Positions 19,970-30,200 of a DNA stretch of 64,000 bases are shown one piece after another (the stretch's first letter is position 1; each line of letters opens with the position of its first letter). The stretch is from the IMG/VR virus record IMGVR_UViG_3300025689_000001, positions 1 through 64,000 of that record. One strand, given 5' to 3'. Source of the stretch: a virus (taxonomy: Duplodnaviria; Caudoviricetes). The notes below the pieces were generated by a model that did not search any database, was not told the DNA's origin, and worked only from the letters and a program-made list of their open reading frames with translations. Position numbers and translations under genes: made by a program.

Positions 19970-19998
19970 TTGACTTTACTTTTAAAATGTGATATAAT
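19970..19998 (+). promoter_or_regulatory. sigmaA-type promoter upstream of gyrA
   Basis: TTGACT-17-(TG)ATATAAT. Confidence 0.75.
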
Positions 19999-20019
19999 TT
20001 TAATATAAGGAGTGATAAG

Positions 20020-22416
20020 ATGAAAATGAATTTAAAGGACAGAGTTGAACAGAGCTTTGGTACCTATGCCGCAATGGCAATTCAGCATCGTGCTATCTTC
20101 GATGTGCGTGACTGTTTAAAGCCATCACAGCGTATGGGTATGTATTCTCAGGTTCTTGATAAAATTACATATAAACACGCACATAAGAAAACTCACTTGA
20201 GTATCGTATCTGCCATGAAACATTTCTATGTTCATGGCGATGCGGCTATGGCGGGTGTTCTTTGTCGTATGGGTAGTCCTATCAGCATGAGATATCCTAT
20301 TGAAGATACTATCGGTAATATGGGTACTTATGCTCATTTGGATGACTTCGCCGCTCCCCGTTATACTGAAATGAGATTAAGTAAAATGGGAACAAAGATG
20401 GTTGAAGGCATTGATAAGGAAAGTATTGATATGTGGTTCGATAACTTCGATAACACAGAACAGTTCCCTGCCGTACTTCCATCTCTCGGATATTATAATA
20501 TCGTAAATGGTACAACTGGTATTGCGGTAGGTATGGCAAGTAGTATTCCTCAGTTCAATCTTCGTGAGGTTAATGAAGCAATGATTAAGTTGCTTTGGAA
20601 TCCTGACATTGATTTTGATGAAATCTATTGCGCTCCTGACTTTGCTACTGGCGGTACAATTCTTAATGCAGATGAAGTTAAGGAGTCTTTAAGAGTTGGT
20701 AGAGGCAAGTCTGCGATTATTCGCGGCTCAATTGAGTATGATGATAAAGAAAATGCACTTCAGGTTACAGAAGTACCTTATGGTGTTGCAACTAATCGTA
20801 TCTTCAATGAGTTGGGTGGACTTTTCAATCCCGACCCTAACAGTAAGTCTTTGAAGAAAATCCCCACAACAGCTTGCGCAGGTATTAAGAGATTCACTGA
20901 CTCTTCTGAGGAAATTGTTGATATTACCGTTTGGCTTGAAAAGGGAGCAATCCCTGCAAACGTTATGCGTAATCTGTATAAGTATACAGCAATTCAGAGT
21001 TACTTCCCAATCAATATGACGATGCTTGATAACGGTACTCGTCCTAAAGTATTTGGTTGGAAGGAAGCACTTCAGGCGCATCTTGACCATGAGATTGTTG
21101 TAAGAACAAAGATGCACGAATACGACATAAGAAAGATTGACGAAAGACTTCCTATTGTTGAAGCTATCTGTCTTGCATTGGCAAATGTTGATGAAGTTGT
21201 AGCTATCATCAGAGGAGCATCTAATACAGCAGACGCAAAGACAAAGTTAATCGCACGTTTCGGTTATACTGATGCTCAGGCAAAAGCTGTCGTTGATATC
21301 AAGCTTGGTCGTTTAGCTACACTTGAAATTCAGTCTTTTGAGGACGAGAAAGAGCAGTTAAGAAAAGACAGAGAGTATCATGTTCTTGCCCTTAATGATA
21401 AGGATACGCTTTACAAGGAAATTGAAAATGACCTACGTGAAGTAGCAAACGCATACGGCGATGAAAGAAGAACAAGACTCATGAACCTTGATTACAAGGG
21501 CGAAGGTGATGAAACAGAAGTTATCGAAAAGAAAGAACTTCTTCTTCACTTCACAAATCTCGGTAATATCTATACTCAGACTTCTTCTACTCTTACTACA
21601 ACCCATCGCGGCGGTAAGGGCTCAAAGATAAAGATGCAGGATAATGAGGTCATCACCAAAACTATTGCTGACGACAACTTGGGTTATCTTCTTCTTTTCT
21701 CAAACAAGGGAAAAGTTTATAGGAGTGCTATTGCAGATTTACCTGTAGATGCAAAGATAAATACCGTTCAGATGTTTGAGTTCGAGCCAGGTGAAAGAAT
21801 TACTACTATAACTACAATATCTCGCCGCGAGGCTACTGACTTTATCGTATTCGTTACTAAAAATGGTATGGTAAAGAAGACTGTATTTGACGAGTATAAC
21901 TTTAAGAAGGGTAAGTCTCTCAAGGCTATCAACCTCAAGGACGATGACGAAGTCATTGCCGTTCATCCAGTAAATAGAGAACCTATCGGAATCTTGACTT
22001 TTAACGGCAATTTTGTTATAATAAATACAGAAAAGATAAATGCTATCGGTAGAGTTGCCGCAGGTGTCTGTGGTATTAAACTCAATGAAGGCGATAGAGT
22101 TATCGATTCTAAGGTAATTAGCGGTAAGTATCTTATGACAGCAACTGCAAATGGACTTGTAAAGAAAGCTGAACTTTCTGAGTTCCCTGAGTGTACTCGT
22201 GGCACAAAGGGCAAGAAGATTTCTGGAGTTCGTAAAGATGACAGAGTAGTTAAATTCTTGACTTTATCTCAGGATTGTGATATAATTGTTATATCAACTC
22301 GTGGCTTAATCAAAATTAAGTCAGATGAGCTTAAGGTTGCTTCAAGAGACGCGACCGGTGTCACTGGAATGAAGATTCCTGAAGGAGCGAAAGTTGTGGA
22401 TTTGGCGAAAGCCTAA
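20020..22416 (+). CDS. gyrA: Type IIA topoisomerase subunit A (GyrA/ParC) with beta-pinwheel CTD
   Basis: DCLKPSQR, HGD, AAPRYTE catalytic Tyr, NGTTGIAVGMA, PDFATG; CTD repeats and HRGGKG GyrA-box-like motif. Confidence 0.9.
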   Translation: MKMNLKDRVEQSFGTYAAMAIQHRAIFDVRDCLKPSQRMGMYSQVLDKITYKHAHKKTHLSIVSAMKHFYVHGDAAMAGVLCRMGSPISMRYPIEDTIGNMGTYAHLDDFAAPRYTEMRLSKMGTKMVEGIDKESIDMWFDNFDNTEQFPAVLPSLGYYNIVNGTTGIAVGMASSIPQFNLREVNEAMIKLLWNPDIDFDEIYCAPDFATGGTILNADEVKESLRVGRGKSAIIRGSIEYDDKENALQVTEVPYGVATNRIFNELGGLFNPDPNSKSLKKIPTTACAGIKRFTDSSEEIVDITVWLEKGAIPANVMRNLYKYTAIQSYFPINMTMLDNGTRPKVFGWKEALQAHLDHEIVVRTKMHEYDIRKIDERLPIVEAICLALANVDEVVAIIRGASNTADAKTKLIARFGYTDAQAKAVVDIKLGRLATLEIQSFEDEKEQLRKDREYHVLALNDKDTLYKEIENDLREVANAYGDERRTRLMNLDYKGEGDETEVIEKKELLLHFTNLGNIYTQTSSTLTTTHRGGKGSKIKMQDNEVITKTIADDNLGYLLLFSNKGKVYRSAIADLPVDAKINTVQMFEFEPGERITTITTISRREATDFIVFVTKNGMVKKTVFDEYNFKKGKSLKAINLKDDDEVIAVHPVNREPIGILTFNGNFVIINTEKINAIGRVAAGVCGIKLNEGDRVIDSKVISGKYLMTATANGLVKKAELSEFPECTRGTKGKKISGVRKDDRVVKFLTLSQDCDIIVISTRGLIKIKSDELKVASRDATGVTGMKIPEGAKVVDLAKA

Positions 22417-22934
22417 TCCTTGACTTTTCTTCAAAAATGTGATATACTTTATATAGAAAGTTAAGGAGGAGATACCAATGACTCTTGAAGAAAAAAGAGC
22501 TATTATTTCTCAGAATAAAGACCCGACTGTTGCAGCGATAACTTCTGTTATTGATACTCATTATAATCTTCTTGCTCCAGTTACTACTGATAAGCAGGAA
22601 CTTATTGAGGATTCTTTCAAAGACAAGAGGCCTCTTAACTTTGCAAGAGGTCTTAAAACTGATGTACAGAAGTATGAAGAAGTTCTTATGAAAGTTAAAA
22701 AGAACGAAGAGCTATCCGCTAAGGATATTGCGTACATTGGTATTTGTTACGACTTTTGTGCAAAAAGAGCTGAACAGCAGTTAGTATCTATTGCAAAAGC
22801 TAAAGAGCTTTGTATTGATATGGCTGAGAAGTTAAGTTCTAATGTAAATGAATCTGCTGCGGCAGAGAATATGCGTAAATTGATTCAGAAGTATGATTCA
22901 AAAACTTGACTTTCAATCAATTATATGATATACT
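21994..22934 (+). promoter_or_regulatory. Four tandem sigmaA-type promoters (two inside gyrA)
   Basis: TTGACT-17-TATAAT at 21994/22017 and 22258/22281; TTGACT-17-TATACT at 22420/22443 and 22906/22929; all have extended -10 TG. Confidence 0.7.
22478..22909 (+). CDS. Hypothetical protein
   Basis: ORF with AGGAGG RBS. Confidence 0.7.
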   Translation: MTLEEKRAIISQNKDPTVAAITSVIDTHYNLLAPVTTDKQELIEDSFKDKRPLNFARGLKTDVQKYEEVLMKVKKNEELSAKDIAYIGICYDFCAKRAEQQLVSIAKAKELCIDMAEKLSSNVNESAAAENMRKLIQKYDSKT

Positions 22935-23009
22935 AATTATAGTAAAAAAAATAGCGAGCCTAAGCTATTTTTTATATAAATTAAATTTACTTTAAGGAGT
23001 GATGTTAAA

Positions 23010-23303
23010 ATGGCAACTAAGAAGACTGGTGTAATGACAGCAAATTCAAGAAAGGTATTCGATTACCTCAAGGGAAATGGCGTAGGCGTTAAGTTTACTC
23101 ATAAGGAAGTAGCAGACGCACTCGGCTTCGAGACAACTGCCGCAGTTGTAGGTTCTGTTACAGGTCTCGTAAATAAGGGCTATGCTGTTCGTGAGAAGGA
23201 GAGCCGCACTGTTGACGGTAAGGAGAAGGAAGTTTCTGTATTCTACCTTACTCAGGAGGGCGCAGACTTCGACCCTGATGCTGTTACAGCAGACGCTGAG
23301 TAA
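23010..23303 (+). CDS. Small winged-helix DNA-binding protein
   Basis: KEVADALG...SVTGLVNKGY...YLTQEG wHTH pattern; strong RBS; biased codon usage. Confidence 0.65.
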   Translation: MATKKTGVMTANSRKVFDYLKGNGVGVKFTHKEVADALGFETTAAVVGSVTGLVNKGYAVREKESRTVDGKEKEVSVFYLTQEGADFDPDAVTADAE

Positions 23304-23398
23304 TTTAACGTCGGCGTAAAGAAATTGGCGGAACATTGAGTTCCGCCGATTTCCTAATTCACTTTGTTAAAAATGTTATTTATTGGAGGAATTTATTT

Positions 23399-24328
23399 AT
23401 GTTGAATATTAAAGAAGCGCAGAGTACTAATGTTGTTGAGATTTCTGGAATTCTTAGCTAGCTTGAAGTTGAGCAGAAGAAGACTGCCGATGGCAGAAAC
23501 TATGCATCAGCTAAGGCTACAATTAAGGTGGACCAGGAAATCGGCGGAAAGATGGTTGAGAACGAGATTCCTATTAAGCTTTTCTCTATGGAGCTTAAGT
23601 CTGACGGCAAGGTAAGCAAGATTTACACAGGTATTCTTGAGATGAGAGATAAGTTTACTTCTCTTGCAGCTCTTCCTGATGACGAGAAGGATAAGGCTTC
23701 TAAGGTTGTTATTACTTCTGGTCAGCTTAAGGAGAACATCTGGGTTGACCCTAACAGCGGTCAGGTAAGAACTGGTTTTGAAATCGACTCTAACTTCATG
23801 AACGCTCCTCGTCAGGGTGCCGAGTTTGAGCCAAGTGCAAGATTTGAGCTTTCTGGTGTTATCATGGATACCACAAGAGAGACAGATGCAAACCAGGAAG
23901 AGACTGGTAGACTTAAGGTTAAGGTTGCTGTTGTTGGCTGGACAGGTAAGGACGGCGTAACAAGAGTTGACGTAATCGACCTTATCGCTGCATCTGATAG
24001 TGCAGTAAACTTTATCGAGAGCAACTGGGAAAAGGGCGATACTGTTAACATTAACGGTGCAATCAGCTTCAACCAGTCAACTAAGGTATGGTATGAAGAG
24101 CAGGGCTTCGGTGAGCCTATCAAGAGAACTAAGACTCAGACTCGTAAGGAGCTTATCATCCTCGGTGGTTCTCCAAGTGGTCTTGAGGAAGAGTATTCTT
24201 ACGATGCTAACGACATCAAGGCTGGTCTTGCAGCTCGTGCCGCAAGAGTTGAGGAGCAGAAGGAAAAGGGCAACAAGCCTAAGACTCAGAAGAGAGCTTC
24301 CTTTGACGATGTAAACCCTGGTTTCTAA
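23399..24328 (+). CDS. ssb: Single-stranded DNA-binding protein (tandem OB-like), TAG at codon 21
   Basis: ATG 23399 after GGAGG, in frame through TAG 23459; acidic/aromatic tail FDDVNPGF; upstream of Sak4. Confidence 0.6.
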
Positions 24329-24367
24329 TAACCAGGGCGACCATCAATATAAAGGAGGGATTGAATA

Positions 24368-25330
24368 ATGGCAATTGATTTATTGGCACTTGAACCTCAG
24401 ACAATAAGTAGAAACCTTAAAGGTAAGTACGCAATGTTCTATGGCTTGCCGGGCGTTGGTAAGACAAGTCTTGCGGCACAGTTCCCAAAGGTTCTTATTG
24501 CAGGATTTGAGATGGGTACTAATGCTCTTAATAACGTATATGTTCAGCCTATTAAAGGTTGGAATGACTGGAAACAGGTTGTTGGACAGCTTGTACGTAA
24601 GAAAGAGTTGCAGGATAAGTTTGAGAGTATCGCAATTGATACAGCCGATTCCGCATGGGATTTGTGCGTAAAATACATTTGCGGTCAGGAAGGAGTTGAA
24701 AAGCTTGGCGATATTCCTTGGGGTCAGGGTTATGACATGGCTAAGAAAGAATATCAGTCAACATTCAGAGATTTAACTTTTGCAGGTTACGGTCTGATTT
24801 TCATTTCACACTCAACTGAGAAAACTCTTAAGGACGAGAAAGAAGAAGAATATCAGCAGATTGCCCCCGCTTTACCACAGAGACCTTACGATATTGTAAA
24901 CAAGATGGTTGACGTTATTGGTTACATTCGTGAGATTAAGGATGAAGCGTCCGGCGAAAGAAAGAGATTTATTTTCTTCAGAGGCGACGACAGATTCTTC
25001 GCAAAGTCTCGTTTCAAGTATATTGTTCCTCGTGTTGAATTCAGCTACGATAATATCGTAAATGCAATTTTCGACGCTATCGATGAGGAAGTTAAGCATT
25101 CTGGCGGCGAAGCTTCAGATGAAGTTAATCCTTATGTTGTAAAGACATTTGATGATTTAATGAATGAAGCTAAGGAGCTGTGGGGTGCAGTAGTTCAGAA
25201 CGAAAAGGCTAAGGAAGCATCTGATATCCTCGAAGAGGAATTTGGAAAACCCACAAGATTTTCTGAAATTTTACCAGAGCAGATTGAAGGTCTTAAGAAT
25301 GTTCTGATTAAGATTAAAGAAATACTTTAA
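24368..25330 (+). CDS. AAA_24 / Sak4-like recombinase
   Basis: GLPGVGKT, IAIDT, WGQGY, LIFISH, AKSRF. Confidence 0.8.
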   Translation: MAIDLLALEPQTISRNLKGKYAMFYGLPGVGKTSLAAQFPKVLIAGFEMGTNALNNVYVQPIKGWNDWKQVVGQLVRKKELQDKFESIAIDTADSAWDLCVKYICGQEGVEKLGDIPWGQGYDMAKKEYQSTFRDLTFAGYGLIFISHSTEKTLKDEKEEEYQQIAPALPQRPYDIVNKMVDVIGYIREIKDEASGERKRFIFFRGDDRFFAKSRFKYIVPRVEFSYDNIVNAIFDAIDEEVKHSGGEASDEVNPYVVKTFDDLMNEAKELWGAVVQNEKAKEASDILEEEFGKPTRFSEILPEQIEGLKNVLIKIKEIL

Positions 25331-25335
25331 CGCAA

Positions 25336-25365
25336 GTGGGGAAGATTTATCTTCCCCATTTTTTT
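25336..25365 (+). terminator. Intrinsic terminator
   Basis: GTGGGGAAGAT-TT-ATCTTCCCCAT followed by a T-run. Confidence 0.8.
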
Positions 25366-25375
25366 ATAAGCGAGG

Positions 25376-26608
25376 TTGAGAAAATTGAACGGAAGTATTA
25401 AAATTTTGGACACAAATGTTCTCTTAGACTATCCACAGATTGTTACAAATCCAAAGGAGTACTGGGTTATTCCTATGGCAGTCCTTGTGGAGATTGACGG
25501 TCTGAAGTATCATAAGAGCCCCGAAGTAGCTCAGAAAGCTCGCAAGGCGGCAGTTTATATTGCCAAAAATATGGCTAACATCGAATGGGATTTAACACAG
25601 GACTATTCCAGAGATGTGGACTCTGTACTATTGGATATTACTCGTAAGAGAAATGCTACACTTGTTACAAATGATGTTGCTCTTAAAGTAAGAGCAGAAG
25701 TCGCAGGAATTGATGTTGAAGGCTACAGCTGGAAAGATGATTATTGCGGTATTGTCTACTTGAATGTTGATGATTTGTCTTTCGACGAATATAACGAAAT
25801 TCTTGGTAGACTTATGCCGGATGGTTTCTATGAGACTGATGATTACAATTTCAGTATCAATGAATATCTTATCGTTCCGCCGCCACATGAAGATGCTTCA
25901 CTCGGTGATACCAGTGTCTTCAAATATGATGGTGCTCGTTTCCATTTAATCAGAGGTAAGGCAATCAAGAATGAATGGCTTGGAGAAATCTTCCCAAGAA
26001 ATCCCGAGCAGATTTGCCTTGTAGATGCTTTGCTTAGTGACGTTCCTATCATTTATGCAGGTGGACATTTTGGAACAGGTAAAACTTTCCTCACTCATAA
26101 CTATGCAATTGGACAGCTTGAGAAAGAGAAAATTAAGAAAATCATCTACGTTCCTAACAACTCTTACACACAGAACACTATGGAGCTTGGTGCGTTACCT
26201 GGCGACCTGATGGAAAAAATTCTTCCTTCAATTGGACCTCTTGTTGATTTGGTTGGTATTGACCAGATAAATAGATGGATTTCAGAAGATAAGTTGGAGA
26301 TTGTTCCTGTCGCTTATATCAGAGGACGTAACTTTGATGATGCTATTGTTCTTGTAAGTGAAGCTGAGAACCTCACAGAGGAACATATTAAGCTATTACT
26401 TGCTCGTTGCGGCAAGAATACAAAAATCTTCTTTGACGGAGATATTCATCAGGCGGATAGTGCAATCTTTAAGGACAGAAATGGTTTAAAGCTGTTGCTC
26501 AAACTTCATGAAAGTCTTGAATTCGCTCCGTTGTTTGCTACTGTTCAGCTTATTACAATCGAAAGAAGTATCGTAGCTGGTGCTGCCGACTTTCTTGATA
26601 ATATCTAA
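25376..26608 (+). CDS. phoH: PIN-PhoH protein
   Basis: ILDTNVL...EID...D...TNDVAL PIN domain; PRNPEQ, GTGKT, GALPG, IRGRNF, EAEN, DGDIHQ.D. Confidence 0.88.
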   Translation: MRKLNGSIKILDTNVLLDYPQIVTNPKEYWVIPMAVLVEIDGLKYHKSPEVAQKARKAAVYIAKNMANIEWDLTQDYSRDVDSVLLDITRKRNATLVTNDVALKVRAEVAGIDVEGYSWKDDYCGIVYLNVDDLSFDEYNEILGRLMPDGFYETDDYNFSINEYLIVPPPHEDASLGDTSVFKYDGARFHLIRGKAIKNEWLGEIFPRNPEQICLVDALLSDVPIIYAGGHFGTGKTFLTHNYAIGQLEKEKIKKIIYVPNNSYTQNTMELGALPGDLMEKILPSIGPLVDLVGIDQINRWISEDKLEIVPVAYIRGRNFDDAIVLVSEAENLTEEHIKLLLARCGKNTKIFFDGDIHQADSAIFKDRNGLKLLLKLHESLEFAPLFATVQLITIERSIVAGAADFLDNI

Positions 26609-26645
26609 GGATGGCGGCTTCATGCCGCCGTTCCTATTTTAATTC

Positions 26646-26674
26646 TTGACTTCTGAATTAAAATATGGTATAAT
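26646..26674 (+). promoter_or_regulatory. sigmaA-type promoter upstream of the replisome cluster
   Basis: TTGACT-17-(TG)GTATAAT. Confidence 0.75.
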
Positions 26675-26706
26675 TATTATAGAGATTAAGAAAAGGGTGA
26701 TAGCCA

Positions 26707-27426
26707 ATGGGAAAGAAAATTGATGAAGCTGTAATTGAGCAGATTCCTGTTTTATATGAGGAAGTAAAAAGTAAAGCAGAAGTTGCCAGACGACTCGGTA
26801 TCAGTGCGGCTTCGGTTAATAAATATCTTGCAATTTATAATGGTGCGCCAGTTGAAGTCGTAGCCAAGAAAAGGGTTAAAGTCGATGAAGAAATGATTGC
26901 AAAGATAAATGAACTTTATAAAAGTTGTAAAAATATGGCGCAGGTCGCAAAAGAACTTGGCATATCTCCGACAACAGTTAAGAATCATCTTAATGAGGAA
27001 AACCTTAAACTTAAGGAAAGAGTAAATGATGACCGTGATGCTTTGTGGTTTTATATTCATCGTTTATTTGGTCCCGACACAGATGGAAAACCAGTAAGTG
27101 ATTGGAACGTAACTCAGATGATGAAGTTCAATCGAATGGGAATGAATTATAAGTCTCAGCTTTTGACACTGAAATATTTCTATGAGATTGAGAAGAATCC
27201 TGTTCAGGAGAAATATAAGACAATTGGTATTATCCCTTATATTTATGACAAGGCGGCATTGTATTATAAAAGTCAGGAAAGGAAAAGAATCGAGGTTGAG
27301 GAAGCTATCGAGAAACAGCTTGAACAAGACAGAATCGAAATCAAGTATAATCCCAGTGATTATATTGGTACGAAAAAGAAAAAGAAAATGATTGACCTTG
27401 ACCAGATTGTGGGTGATGCTGAATGA
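26707..27426 (+). CDS. Tandem-HTH protein upstream of helicase (putative helicase loader/initiator)
   Basis: Two HTHs (EVARRLGIS, QVAKELGIS); LKYFYEI...IGIIPYIY; position before dnaB as in SPbeta-like modules. Confidence 0.55.
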   Translation: MGKKIDEAVIEQIPVLYEEVKSKAEVARRLGISAASVNKYLAIYNGAPVEVVAKKRVKVDEEMIAKINELYKSCKNMAQVAKELGISPTTVKNHLNEENLKLKERVNDDRDALWFYIHRLFGPDTDGKPVSDWNVTQMMKFNRMGMNYKSQLLTLKYFYEIEKNPVQEKYKTIGIIPYIYDKAALYYKSQERKRIEVEEAIEKQLEQDRIEIKYNPSDYIGTKKKKKMIDLDQIVGDAE

Positions 27427-29129
27427 TAAAAATTGACCGCCATACGGTAATTCAAATTCTTGGCGGATTGATGAATCGTCCAGATTTTTTAAATGATGTA
27501 GATAAGTATAGATTTGAATTGAGTGATTTTCCAACTTCACTTGATAAGTTTATCTTTTCTGCAATCAACAATTTGTATAATAATGGAGATGGAGCAAGTA
27601 ACATTCGTTCCATTGACATTATCAATTATTTGAAAGGAAATGCTCTCGCCGCCGAACTGATGGAAAAAGAAAATGGCGAAGTTTATTTATAGGATTGTGA
27701 GACGGCAGGAGAGCCAGCAAACTTTAATTATTACTACAATAAGTTTAAGAAGTTAAACTTCTTGAAAGATTTGCAAAAAAATAGTGGTAGAGATATCAGC
27801 GACATTTATTGTGAAGATATTCTCAATCCGAACTACGCAGAAATTAATGAGAGATTTGAACAAATGACTGTTGAGGATATTCTCAATAAGCTGAAAATGG
27901 AACTTAACAGTTATGAGAGCAAATTTGTATTAAAAAGTGTAGTTGAAGAGTCAAAAGCTGTTGATGGTATTGAACAGCTTATCATTAACTTACAGCAGAA
28001 GCCAGAGATTGGCTGTAAACTTCAAGGCGATATTATTAACTCTATAACTCGCGGCGGAAGAAAAGGTAAACTTTATATCCGTTCAGCAGGTTCTGGTGTT
28101 GGTAAAACTCGTTCAATGGTTGGAGATGCTTGTAATATTGCATATCCAATTCGTTTTGACAGAAAGAAAAATAAATGGGTTTCAACAGGCAGTTGTGAAA
28201 AGGTTCTGTATGTAATGACAGAGCAGGACCCTGATGAAATCAAGACCATGATACTCGCATATCTTACAGGATATAATGAAGAAATTTTCTTGTATGGTAC
28301 ATATGGTGAAAAGGAAATGCCTCGTATTCAGCAGGCAATTGACATCATGAAGAAGTATGAGGGGAATATGTTGTTTGCTCATATGCCTGACCCTTGTGCT
28401 TCAGCCGTAAAGAATTTGTTCAGAAGATATAATATTCAGCATGGTGTTGAGAATATTTTCTACGATTACATCTTCTCTTCTCCTGCTATGCTTAATGAGT
28501 ATCGTGACCTAAAACTTCGTGAAGATGTTTGCCTTAGATTGTTCACAACAACATTGAAGAATCTCGCTGTTGAGCTTAACGCTTTTATTATGACCTCAAC
28601 ACAGGTTAGTAACGATGACGATGAAAAAGGCGGATTTAGAGATTTCAAAAATGTTCAAGGTTCAAAGGCGATTGTTAACCTTGCAGACTTTGCTTGTGTT
28701 ATGTCTCGTCCAACTAAGGCAGAATTGCAAGAACTTGCAGGATTCTCTGGTTCATTCTCATTTGTTCCGAATCTTGTCACAGACATTTATAAGAATCGTC
28801 GTGGTAGATGGAATATGGTAAGAATTTGGTCCAGAAATGATTTGGGCTGTTGCCGTAAGGAAGATTTGTTCGTAACAACAGTTGACATGAAACCAATTAA
28901 AGAGTTCCAAGTTATTCAGTTTGATTCTACAGCATATGGAGATTTCACTGAGTTATGTGACCTTTATAATGAAGGAATCGTGTCAGATGGTGTTTATGAA
29001 GAATTCTATTCCACTTCAGATATCAAGCCAGAAGATTTAGTTATTGATTCCGCCGCGGCATTTGAAGATGATGAAGATAATAAGAGAAGATTAAGCGAAA
29101 AAGATTTTTCTGATTTTTTAACCTTTTAA
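27423..29129 (+). CDS. dnaB: Replicative DNA helicase, one in-frame TAG
   Basis: ORFs 27423-27692 and 27762-29129 joined by TAG 27690; SAGSGVGKT, FYDY, STQV, GSKAI..LAD, KNRRG. Confidence 0.88.
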
Positions 29130-29140
29130 GGAGTGATTAA

Positions 29141-30199
29141 GTGAGCGATTTAAAAGACTTAATGAATAGTCTGACTAATGAAGAAATCATTGATATAATG
29201 ACAAAACTTGGTGCAGACAGATTCGAAGAAAAAGGAAACGCAATAATCTTCCCAACGATTTGTCATAATCATGATTCTGCTGATGCAAGTATGAAGTTAT
29301 ATTATTATCCTAAAACTCATACTTTCCATTGTTATACTGAATGTTGCTGTACTTTCAATATTATTGAAATGTTTAAAAAGCGATATGAGTTATTAAATGT
29401 TCAGTATGATTTTTTCAAGGATATTGTTTTAAAGATTGGTGGAGGAGCTGGTCGACCAAAAGAGTATGAATCTTTCTACCAGCCATACCAATCAATTTAT
29501 ACTAAAGAAAATCATAATGCTGAAGTTAATATTCCTATTCTTAATAAGGGGTTATTGAATGTTTATACATTCTATCCTACCGTTGAGTGGTTAGAAGATG
29601 GAATTAGCGAAGAAGCAATGAAGATATATAATATTCTCTATTCAATTCAAGAGAACAAAATCATTATTCCTCATTACGATATTGAAGGAAACTTAATCGG
29701 AATAAGAGGAAGAAGTCTTAATGAAGAAGATATTGCACTTGGTAAATATCGTCCAGTGTGTATCGAAGGAAAGATGTATAATCATCCTCTTCAATTTAAT
29801 CTTTATGGATTGAATTTTGTAAGAGAGAATATAAAGAAATATAAGACGGCGATTGTCGCAGAGTCCGAGAAAAGTTGTTTGCAATATTCAACAATGTTCG
29901 GATAGGACAAGAATATAGTCGTCGCCGCCTGTGGTAGTACGTTTCATAAATATCAGCTTGATTTGTTAATTAAGTGTGGAGCAGAGAGAGTTTTGATAGC
30001 CTTTGATAAAGAAGGTAAGACTTGGGAAGAGAAAGAGAAATATTTTGCAAAGCTAAAAGGTATTTGTGAGAAATATAAAAACTACTGCACAATGGGTTTT
30101 GTCTATGATAATAGTAATCTACTAAAACTGAAGCAGTCTCCTTTTGACTGCGGACCAGAAGTAGCGACTAAATTAATATCAAAAGGAGTCTGGTTATAA
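29141..30199 (+). CDS. dnaG: DNA primase, one in-frame TAG
   Basis: TICH...CYTEC Zn finger, GIRGR, LYGL, ESEKS then [TAG 29903] ACG...IAFD TOPRIM. Confidence 0.85.
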
Positions 30200-30200
30200 A

